The notes under the pieces were generated by a model that did not search any database, was not told where the DNA came from, and was given only the letters and a program-made list of their open reading frames with translations. DNA of 64,000 nt. Source: Nageia nagi (Eukaryota; Plantae; Pinophyta). Both the position numbers and the translations under genes were made by a program. The stretch spans positions 54,312,001 through 54,376,000 of the forward strand of contig JBITNC010000001.1 in NCBI GenBank assembly GCA_050084985.1, in the 5' to 3' direction. This document shows positions 1 through 12,000 of this stretch, piece after piece (the first letter of the stretch is position 1; each line of letters starts with the position of its first letter).

Positions 1-2200
1 GCAGATTCGCCAAAATGTCTTAGCCTAGTAGGAAGGACCCAAGCCTAAATACGGTCTCATGAAGGATCGGCTGGATGGAAAACTCACTCTAAACAATGCA
101 TTGTGGAACTGTTCACTTACAACGAATCATATGTTGAAGCATAATGGTCTGAACTCTCTCAATACGTGACCACTCAACCGACCCAGAGCTAGGACCCCAA
201 ACCTCTGATTTATAGAGAACGGTAGGTGTGATGAGGGTATCAAATAGGCATGTCTTCGAAGGGATATCCTGAAAGTGTATCTGGAAGCACTGACACTCCA
301 AGATGGAGAGTGAAGCATATCCCTTGCAGAGACGTGCCTATGAGGTAGGCTTCAGGCTGAAAAATGGCCCAGAGAATTGAACTCCCAAGTAGGTGTAGGC
401 GGTGGAGATATCAACCGTCTCACCTCTATAGTAAGAATGGAAGTTGGATAGAGTAGCTCTAAAGGTATTAAAGACCATGACCTTGGTTTTACTGAGGTTA
501 ATTGTGAATTTTTCTGGTCATAGAAATGGGCAAGAGCATACAACTATCTTTGGAGGCCCTCAGGGGAGTGTGATAAGAGGATCACATCATTTGCAAACAG
601 TAGTATAACAATATGGATCTGGTAAAGTAGGCAACTATCATTTGCGCGTTTGGGTGTAGTCGAAGGAAGTCCTCTAGGTCATCAATATATAAGCCAAAGA
701 GAGTGGGTGATAGGGGGGCACCCTTGCTTAACCCCAATAGTGCTAGAGACCTTGTCTGAAAAACGATCAACCATCCGAAAATGAACAACAACTATCTCAT
801 AGAGCCTCATGATGGCAGTAACAAAGGTGTCGGAAATACCAATAGTCTGTACTATCTGAAAGAGTAGATGTCGTGGGATAGTGTCAAAGGCCTTCCTGAA
901 GTCAACAAAACAACAAAAGACCTTAGAAGATCTCTGGCGAGCTTCCTCAATGATAGCTCGAAGTGTGAAATTATGATCTACAATCTGAAAATCTCTCCCG
1001 AACTCGACCTGACCTTGTCTCTAAGACTCCTCTGCTCTAGGTGGTCTGATAACATCATGTCTAAAACTGTGGCATAAAGCTTGGTAAAGGTATGCCCAAT
1101 CATGATGGTCCTGTAATTGTTCGGGTCGGAACAATCTCTTGCCTTGTGGATGGGATGAATGATGTGCTATGACCAAGAAGGGGGAAATCCCGAACACATG
1201 ACCTCATTAAATAAGTCAACAATGGGGGAGGCAAGTAGGTCACTTCTGTATTTCAGAAACTCAGCCTGCAAGTCTTCACAATCAACTATCTTGCTGGCAC
1301 AAAGTTTACGAATGGCTCTTCGAACTTCTTTTGTAGAAAATAGCTAACATGAGGGGGGGGGTGAAGAGATGTGTGGAGTGTGATGGACGGGGACATCGTA
1401 AAGTGAACAAGCATAAGAAACCCAAAACTGAGGATTGATGTTAGAAGGGGGGGTTTCCTTGGGAGGAGGGTGCGCCATAAGGTCTTAGGGGAGTGGTGGA
1501 GGGAGTCAATGAGGGACTACCGAGTAGTGGCAAGAAACTGACATTTCTTGCAGTGAAGGAACCCACGATATTCGATCTTGATGGATGACACAGAGGAGAG
1601 TTCATGGGTGAGGGTGAAGCGGAGTCTCTGGTACATGGACCTACACTTTGCATCGAACCAACGATTCCTGGGATAAGATCCAAGACAACAGGGAAGACAA
1701 GAGTGATGGGTCCGTTGGGAGAAAGCGCTAAGGGCTGCCTCCCAAAGTACACTGGATAAGAGCTCGTAAGTGGTGGTGGCAGTGGCGTAGGGAGGGGTGA
1801 ATGGTCTAGACCTTGTAGCAAGAAGTGTGGAGAGGCAGGGCTACTAGATAGCATACCACATATCCTCAAGGATTCAGTGAAGGGATGGTTAGAGACACTT
1901 GCTGACCTCTTTACTAGAGATTCTTTGGTCTTGAATGTTAGGAGAGACTAGAATTTGGGGTTGGGGCATGTGCTCCTTAGGGATGCTTCCCTTTTCTTTG
2001 AGATCACTACACATAGTTTGGTTGTACTTTGGATTGCGGCCTCTCTCTCTCCTTACTCTTTACTTCTTCCTCTTTTGATACACGCTTCTTATATAGTGGC
2101 ATTGTATTTCCTTTTATTACTTTCCTTTGGGCACATTTGCCTTCTCACTGTTATTACGGATGTTCCAATCACAGTCCCTTGGCCATAGCTTCATCATCAT
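1..2200 (-). mobile_element. Degenerate RTE-like LINE (RT region) in the first intron; right boundary approximate
   Basis: Minus-strand fragments [20 protein letters not shown]...FDTLITPTVLY.SEVWG; many stops and frameshifts. Confidence 0.8.
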
Positions 2201-2848
2201 CAGACTCTTCATCATCATAGCTTCCTCACATCAGGTTGTACTTTTTTGAACCTTAATGTGACCTGTGGTCAATGTCACTCTTAAGTTGATACAACTTGGA
2301 ATGGCATTTGTTCTAATGAATAAAAGTGGAAGTCCTAACATAAGAAGAAGAAATGATTTGAGTGGGAAGTTGGATGTTAGTAGAAACAAGATCCTCCCTA
2401 CAAGTCATCATTCTTGTTACTGATACTTGGGCATGGTTACAGATACTCTGTTGCTGCTTAACAGGCTTTAGTGTTTTCTATGCTAGGAAAAACAAGTGCT
2501 ATTGGTACCCTCAGAATTCAAGGTTATATACAGTTACTGCCTGTTTGTGTGATCAATATACAAGTTATATTCAGAAATACTTACAGGGATTCACTTAATT
2601 GATACAGAAGCAAATATTTGTGCAAATCGTCAAATGTTAGAGAAGACCTTTTATCTGAATAATGAACTGAAATTAGCAGAAAATGGAACCTCATTAATTT
2701 TTGTTTATTTTTGGTATCTGTATAGTAGCTACAAGGAACCTAAATAGAGCTTGTGTTTGGAAGATGTTAAAAACCAAAAATGTTGGCTTATTTTCATTGA
2801 GTGCAACCAGTACTGATCTTACTGATGGATCTTACTTTATCCGTGCAG

Positions 2849-3028
2849 AGGTGGAATGAAACTTATGTCCATTTTCACAAAGAGGACCCAAAACAAACAT
2901 ATTATCTCTCAATGGAATATCTTCAAGGACGGGCATTGACAAATGCAATTGGAAACCTTGGCATTGCTGATGCATATGCTACTGCTCTCAACAAGTTGGG
3001 TCATGACCTTGAGAATGTAGTAGAGAAG
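2849..3028 (+). CDS. PHS2: PHS2 exon (RWNETY...ENVVEK)
   Basis: cag|AGG acceptor, AAG|gt donor, 180 nt. Confidence 0.93.
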
Positions 3029-6000
3029 GTAGCATTTGCTTTAACCCTTTAATTTAGACATATTTTACATAACAGATTTATGTTTAGTAGATATGAATGT
3101 GTTGAAGTCTTATTTTGTGAATTACAACTTTTATTGCTAACAAGAGACTTCCCATTTCTTGACTTTATTGTGGAACATGGACATAAATGATTTATTTACC
3201 AAGTATAAAGACTGAGCACTTTATTCCTTTTGTATGCAAATCATGGAGCTAAATTATGTCAATGTTTAGATACAGTACTAATGAACATACCAGTTCAATT
3301 ATGTCAATGTTGGATTTAATCTTAGTGAAGACCAAGGTTATGGTCTCTGCCATGGTCTCTTTTGTCATGGGTTTGCAAGGGAAAAGAGAAAATGTCAGTG
3401 CTTGAGCCTACTATGTAGTGGCATTTGAAGATTACAAACACTTTGAAGGGCGGTTAACTTTGTGCCTCCCTATCCCACCTTCAATCGCCATAAACATACC
3501 ATGAGATTACTCTGTACCAAGGTTTGAAAATATGCCAACTGCCAATAATCATATGCTTTGCTTCTGATATTAATTGGCAACTTGGCAAAAAAGCGGCAAA
3601 AAGCTATAATAGAAATACTGCTATTTGCAATTTTGCATTACCAAAACATAATACTTACAAACATGTTTTTTGCACTTCATATCAAATACTGCTAAGTGCT
3701 TACAATTTTACATAAATATCAAAAATTCGAAATGCATATCGCAATGTTTCTTTAATTTTGCAAAAAACAAAATAGAAAGTTCAAACACATCAAATATGTG
3801 CTCTCTTTCCCCTCCTACTGTTATCTCTTGCTGCTACCCTAGATGTTTCTCCCCTTGTTTTTGGTGCCTTAGTTGTTTTGCTGCAGTCAATGAGGTTGGC
3901 ATGTCTTGCCATTTGGACTCTAGTTTTGTTTCAATTTCATGTTCAAGGTCCATCTCTAGGCATGATAATCCATCTCCATCCAAGATGTCATCCTCTTTAT
4001 CATTGTCATATTTGATCCATTCATTTGTGGGATCAATTTCATCCAAATTGATCGCTTCCGCATCACTCTCATCAATCCTTCTATTTTAAGCCTTAGTTTG
4101 TAATGCACATAGAACAAATTGTTCAACCTTTCTTGCACCAACCTATTGCGTCTTTTGGAGTGCGTTTGCTCAAATACACTCCAATTGCACTCACATCTAG
4201 TAGTGCTGCAAGGTTGGGACAAAATTTGAATTGCTAACTGTTGTAAAAATGAGCATTTCGTACCAAAGGACTCCCACCACAGCTGCAATTCAATAAACAA
4301 AGCATATTAGATTACCATTTTTTAAAATTTGGAAATCAATGTTATATTAAATTTTAAAAAACATTTAATGTTTAAACCTGAAATTTCAATGTCCCTTGAC
4401 TTTATACAAGCAAGACTGGAGAAGAGGTAGCCATCTGCATTGGCATTTTAGTTTCTATTGCAACATGGCTATCAGGTGGAGTAGAAAATATTACAGGTTT
4501 AAAAGTAATATAATCGTATTCTTGAGTTGAGAACAAATAAGTTTCCATCTGATATTTGCTAGCAGCAATTTTTTTCAATCTTGAGTCCATTTTTAGTTCA
4601 AGTAATGATTCTTATTAAGTTTTCTCTCTTTTATAAACAAACAACAATCCACTTTTTTTAAAAAAGATTGAAATTTTCTTCCCTACTCACTACCCATGGG
4701 CATGCAAATTGATCTATTCTCAGTCCAGTGTATGAAAAAAATGGGCACGGGACAAAAATGGCTCCAGGTGAAATTTAAAAAAATGGTAAAAGAATGGGGA
4801 AAAACGGGAAAAAAGGTGAAAACATTGGCCTATAGATGAATATGGCATTTAATCGGGAATATGGAGAGAAGAAAAAGTGCAAATAAATGGCAAGTATGTG
4901 TTTATTCGGAGTATATGTATACTATGATTCTCACTTATATAACTCTCTTCAACTGACCCTTCTGGAAAACTTTATCACAAAATATTCCTTCTTATAATAA
5001 TGGGTTTAGATTTCATGAGAGGTACCTCTAACTGTTAAAGAAATTCATCATGATTAAGGAATCCTTTCTACTTTGCTTATCATAATCATTTATAAAAATA
5101 TGAACTATACAATCTGTTAACATCTCAGGGAAAATTGGCTTGTACATTTACTGTATGGCTATACCTTTCAGGTTCTTAGCTCTGTGGCATTTTCTCTTTG
5201 GTTTCCTATTACATAATTTGAACATGTTATATTGGCAAAGCCTGGTGAGTTGAGGCTTGGTTTGAAAAGGAAGCTTTACATTTCTTCACCCAAGGGGGTA
5301 GCACCCTCCCCTTACCTAATTCTTAGCGCTACTGCACCAGGGACTAGGCGTGTTAAAGATAGCAATAACAAAACTTGACACAACCTAAAGTGTGGGAACC
5401 ACCTGGTAAATGAAGTCTGAAAATCACTAGATCAACATGGATTATAGCTAGCCACAAAGATTCAAGAAATGGAGCCTTAAGAACATTTACATCTGGAAGT
5501 ATCAGGGGTCACGTTTGTGTTGTTTCTCCAAGACTCTTGTGCTAAACTCTGCAATGAAACAATAGAGATTCTTTTGTGCTGCTTTTGTTTGTAAAAAGGT
5601 TTTGCTTGGCTGATCTGGAAATTTATTATATGGGTGCAGGAACCAGATGCAGCATTAGGTAATGGAGGTTTGGGTAGGCTTGCTTCTTGTTTTCTTGATT
5701 CTATGGCAACCTTAAACCTTCCAGCATGGGGTTACGGATTGCGTTATAGATATGGTTTATTTAAACAACATATCAAACAGAATGGGCAACAAGAATCTGC
5801 AGAAGATTGGCTTGAGGTTTGATCATAAGCTATTAATAATTTTATTCGCATTTAAAGAACTTTAGAAGGATGGCTTATGGTTTTGCTAATTTATAATGTG
5901 TTTATTTGCTGGTTCATTGTGAAAAAGAAATTCAGTCCTTGGGAGGTGGTTAGGCATGATGTGGTTTATCCAATAAGATTCTATGGCAGGGTGGAGGTTC

Positions 6001-9000
6001 TTCCGAGTGGTGTGTAAGTGTTTATGACATTCTGTACAAGTTTATCTGTTGTAAAATTGAATTGCAGATTCTATACAATGTTGAAATATACAAACTACAA
6101 TAGAATGGTTGCATTCATTATATATTTAAGTCGGATTTTTACTTGGGGATTCAACCACTGTTTTCTTTGTTACCAATAGGTTCGATGATGTAATCACTGC
6201 TTTCTAGTCGTGACTTATCATAATCCTTATGAGAGTGGTTATGATTTTATTGTATTGAATTTCTATATCAATGCACGTGAATAGGAATAAGATGCATTTT
6301 GCGCAGGTTCTTGCATGAAGAACGAGAGTTCTTCCATTTATACAATATGAACATCTGTGAATACTAAATTTCTCTTTTAGGTACTAAGAACAAGTACAAT
6401 TCAGGAATCAGTTGAATTAATATATTATTTAGTATTTACTGTCTGCTAAAGGGATATGAAACCATTCTGGTTGTGTAATATTAATATATTCTGCGAAATC
6501 CTAAAGGAGATCAATGACACCTTAGTTCTGATCTTTAAGAAGAAGAGTTGAAAATTTTCAAAGATTTCAGGCCTAGTAGCCCATGTAATGCTATATATAA
6601 ATTAATTTTTAAATTCATTGCACTAAGATTGAAATTTATCCTCTGTACTATCATCTCCAAAGAGGAAGGATGTTTTGTTAAGGGTAGATAGATCCTAGGT
6701 GGGATTATCTCCCTCCATGAAACTATTCATTTGGCCAAAGCTAGTGATAGAAAAGGTATGCTTCTTAAGATAGATATAAGAAAGGTTTATGATAGTCTCA
6801 TGGAGGTTTTTTGGAGAGGGTGCTGACTGCCTTTGGTTTTAGTAGGCAATGTAGGAGCTGGGTTGGAAGCTGTTACAAAACTGCTATGTTTCCATTTCTT
6901 ATCAATAATAGACCAGCAGGCTTCTTCAACAGCAGTAGTTATCTTTTCATTATTATGGCTGAGGCCTTAGGTAGATGCATCATTGCGGCCTAGTTTAGAG
7001 GTAGTTTAGGGGGCATTAAACCCTCAAGATCTACAAGGTATTACTCATCTTCAATTTGTTGATGATACCATCCTATATGGAAAACCTTCAATGAGAGAGG
7101 CAAGAGAGTTTAAAAGGATTCTAGACTTTTATGAAAGAGCCTCCCATCAGAAGATTAATATGGAAAAGCGCAAAATCTTTTTTATCAATACCAATGAATC
7201 TACTCAGAGAAGGGTGGCTAGAGCAATAGGGTATCAACTTTAAGTTCTTCCCTCAATCTATTGTGGAATGACTATGTTTTAGGGTTATTGCAAGGAACCA
7301 CTTTGGATTAGATTGGTAAACAGGTTTCCACTCAATCTATCTGGGTGGAAAGGCAATCTCTTCTAAAGCAGGTAAAGTGCTGCTGATTAAAAGTGTTTAG
7401 CAGGCTGTCCTCATATACCAGCTCTCCCTTTTTAAGATTTCTACTGAAGTCATCAAATTCCTAGAAGGAATTCAAAAACATATTTTTTGGTCACGAGTGG
7501 AAGACAAAAGAAGAATTCCTCTTCGTGCTTGGGAAAAAAATTGCCATCTAAAGAACCAAGGTGGCCTTGGACTGAGAAGATTGGGCCCTTTGAACCAAGC
7601 ATTGACAGCCAATTGGAGAATTGTGAAAGAAGGGCAGGCGTTTTGGGCTAGAATACTTAAAATAGTATCTAGACAGCTAGGAGGACATCAGATTTTTGAC
7701 AATAGAAAATCCCTACTGAGGCTTATCCTTGTGGAATTATTAAAATGCCGAGATGCATTCTCTAGTTGTAGCACGGGAGTGGAGTGGAGAGCCAAATGTC
7801 ACATGTGAGTCTGTCCTTAAACGTCGGCTTCAATATTTAAAAAAAACATTAATGATTAGAAAACAAAGTTGGCTTCAAAAATATAATTATAACATTAGAA
7901 TAGCATATAAAATAAATAAAATAAAATATTAAATAAAATAAATTAGTATATAAATTAACATTAAAATAAATCCTAAGAAATATCAATAAATGAGATAGAT
8001 GCATAGAGAATGATATCTCTCGGCGTTTTTTTTTATATATAAGGAGGTATATCAAAGCTAGTATAGTTGAGTCAAGAGAGGTCCTATGGAAAGGCATTCC
8101 TGTTTTGAGCATATCTTTTTAGAATGTTCTTTCTCAGCTTGTTGCAGCCTATCATCAACAAAATAGTTATCTCTTGGATAATGCCTTCTAACATTTACCT
8201 TGGATAGAGCAAATCAAAAAGCCCTTTTCCAGCCCCCACTTAATGGAATCTAGAATCTTATTCCTTTTCATTATGTGTGGGAGTGTGGCTAGAGAGGAAT
8301 AGAAGAATCATTAGAGGGAAAAAAAAAACAGCTTTGAGAAACTTGAGTGGTATCTCCACATCTTTAGAAGAGAATGTAAAATCTCGTAAGTTCCTCTTAA
8401 TACAGAAGAAGATAGAGGAGATGAAGATAGCAAAGGCCTGGAATCTGGAACCCTTTAATGGAGGCGAAGCAATTAGTCTTGCTAGATCTGAAGTTAAGTG
8501 GCTTCCATCCCAAGAAGGTTGGATGAAGTTTGATTTTGATGGGGCTTCAAAAGATAATCCTAACTAGACAGAAGCATGTGTAATCCTAAGAGACCATCAT
8601 GGGAAGATTGTGGGGGTATCTTGCAAATTTTTGGGTCTACTTTGAGTCTTTCCTAATATCCAAGGATGAAGGATCCCATCCTTGATAGTAGAAAGAAAGT
8701 TGGTGATGCACAACTGTCTCATTAGCCTGGGGTGTGAGAGGGAGATGATAGGTGGTCCATGATGAAGAGCAATGGTTGGTTGGCGGCATCGAGAGTTGAG
8801 ATGAGGATGTTGGGGGTACATTGTTATTTGTGTACAAAGGTAGGCATTGATACATCAACTTGTGCCTACTAGCCTGTTGAGAGGTGTTGTCTGGGTGGCA
8901 TTTGGTGCCTCTAATGTCTGGGATGGGTTGGAAAAAGGAGCTGATCAACCTAGTGGTTCGAAGGATATTTTTTGTAGATTGTTGTAGAGCTCTACATTTG

Positions 9001-12000
9001 AAGATAGTAATGTCTCATAGGAAAAGAGCCAAGTATCTATGGTCGGGCTAGTGAAAAAAAGAAGATAAGGAGCCCTTAGGTCCCCTATACAAGAAGTGAT
9101 ATCTCCCCCAAATCTTGTAATATGTGGAACATTGGAATATCAATTGCTTTTCATTATCCACCTCTTGGAGAAAGTAGAGGCAACAAGACTTATCATTGCA
9201 AGGAATATGGTTGTCTATCTCAACCCATAGTTGGTGGGAGTAGACTCTTAGTTGGATAAGGGGGATCCTTAAATCGTGATACCAATGGTGTTAGAGATAG
9301 TTTGGCTCAATGATGGTACCACCAATGGTTTGTAAGAAATATTCAACATAGAAAGTGTCCTTGAGGTTGAGAAGCTTGGGGGGAGAGATCCAAGTAATCT
9401 AGATGTACCATCGACAAATATCCTTTCAGATAGATTTGCAATCACGACCTTCAAGAGGGGTGGTCGAAGAGGAGCATCCAATGAGTAGTTAAATGTTGGA
9501 ATTTGATCGATGGAAGTACCAATGGATTGAAGAAGCAAATGCCAAGTGAGACCTAATGAAGCAATCCTCTCTAAAGAACACAACGCTAGAAATGGGTACC
9601 TCTCACGGCCCAAAGTAGAGTCACTTAACAACCTGAGTCTGTGAAGAAAGGATGCAAGTCTAAATATGCTCTCAAGATGGAGGAATGGTTGAGCAACAAA
9701 ATTGTTCTAAACAATACATTGAGGACCTGTTCATTTGCAATGAATCATGCACTGAAACATGATGGTCTAAATATTCAATATGCGTGCATTCAACACATAT
9801 CGAACCGAAGTGCCAAATCTTTGATCCATGAATAACTATGGGCTTAATGAGTGTATTGAAGATGCATTTCTTTGAAGGGATATCTTGGAAGTGAATATGA
9901 AAGCATAAACATTCCAAGATCAAGGCCTTAGTCTTATCGAGGCCATAAAGAGAAAGAAAGTATGTTAATGTCTGAGGGTAACCAAAAGTGATCAATGGGA
10001 TTGTTAGTTACAAACATGGCAAGCAAACCAACAAAACCCCTATAGGGCACTCTCTAAAGAAAACATAAAATATTAAAAAGTAAGTACAAATGCATCCATG
10101 AAAGGATAGTCTAAACCCTAAATAAGATAGTAGTTTAAATGTAAACATGGCCCATGGAGTGTCGTCCTAGTCCTCTCTAATGAATTCACTAGTCTTTGAA
10201 AATCGTATCTATGGTAGTGTTGTGAGAGGGGAAGAATGATGTGATTTGTCAAGTCCTCAATGGAGCTAGGAGGTCCTAGAGGCAACTCTTGATGTGATGT
10301 GTGGAGAGAGAAGGATTGACACGATGTCTCTTATGTTCCCCTTTAGAAGCGAAAGATTTTGAAGGAGAATGGTCACCTATCAAATGCTAAGTGCTTGTCA
10401 TAAGACGCTTTTGAAGGAGAATAGTCTCTCAAAGGTAAAGAGCTAAGCAACGTTGATTGGGGTATTGGAAAAATGTGGATAATGATTCGTGTGAGTCTTT
10501 GAAATGGCAATGGTATTTGCCTCTAATCTCATAGTAGGCTGAGCATTGGAAGATGAAGTGGTCTTGGACTCAATCTCAAGAGAACAAAGGCAATAGAATC
10601 GTAGGTCTTGGGCTAATTGGTGGTCCATCTTGATCTTCAACTGATGGGAGCAAACCTGAAACTGTCCTAGGAACATCCTTAACCCAAGAGGAAAATGTAG
10701 GTTGATGTTCATGTAATTAGGCTAGAGGATCACTACATAGTCGATTTGAAGGTACTACTGTGAATAATGTGCTAACTTGGGTGACAATGGTTGAATTGGT
10801 GAAATCCAAGTGCATTGAACGAAGCCTCTATATATCATCTCACAGATCTGAGACAAATCTCTCAAAGGCGTGGATAACTTGTCAAAAGAGAAACCAAACC
10901 TTTGAAGGTACTCAGTAACCTCCGCAAACCAACATCCGCGACAACCTTGGGTGGCGAAGTCCATCGAGGAAGCTAGGGCTTTGGTAGGTAGTCTAGTTGT
11001 GGTGTCACCAAGGCTAGATAGCTTGTGTAAGCGACTGAGATAGATGGCTAAGGAAGCAATGGCCCTAACCTAAAGAGAATGGAAACCGAACTTTGCAAGC
11101 ATGATGATGTGAGGAATTGTCCTCTTTCTCTGAATGGAGCATGATAGTGTATCGATCAAGATCTTCTCTACTGTGGTCAAGTCTATTGATCTCAGGCTGG
11201 GACCCCAAAACTCAACACTATAAAGAACCGTGGAGGTGACTAAAGTCTAAAAGAGCTTCACCTTGGACATAATGTCCTGGAAGTGTAGCTGAATGCATTC
11301 TCTCTAAGGTAGATACTGTAGTGTAGCCTTGACAAACTCTAGGTGGGGTTGTTGTCCTCATGGAGAACTTGGGGCCTGTAAAGAGCACTCCCAGGTAGGT
11401 GTAGGAAGTGGTGGTCTCAATGGTATTATCACAAAAGGTGATCTGGGTTTGGTCTAACGTGGCACTTGAAACATTCAAGGCCATAAACTTAGTCTTACTA
11501 AGGTTCACCACTAGCTAATGCCGAACGTTGAAGTAGCCTATTGCATCAATCAATCTCTATAAGCTCTCAGCTAAATGGGAAAGTAGGACAATATCGTTTG
11601 CAAAAAGGAGGATGGGTACACGAATACCGTAGAGGGGGCAACCTATATTCGGATTTGTGGACTCTAGAATAAAGGACTCTAGATTGTCAATATAAAGGCC
11701 AAAAAGTGTTGAAGAGATGGTACAACCTTGCTTCACCCTAACTATGCTAAAAATGTTTTTTGATAACCCCTTTGAGGTATGGATGTGGCTTAAAAGAGTC
11801 TCATTGAGAGTCAAAATTGTTGAGTCCTATATTTGGTACTCCTAGTCGCCTGAGTCGGTCCATGAGTCTATGTTGGGGAACAGTGTCGAAGGCCTTTTTG
11901 AAATCCACAAAGTAGCCAAAGGCTAGGGAATTCTAGAATTAGGCTTCCTCGATGATCACTTTGAGGGTAAAAATATGATGTGGTATGATGATTCCTACGA

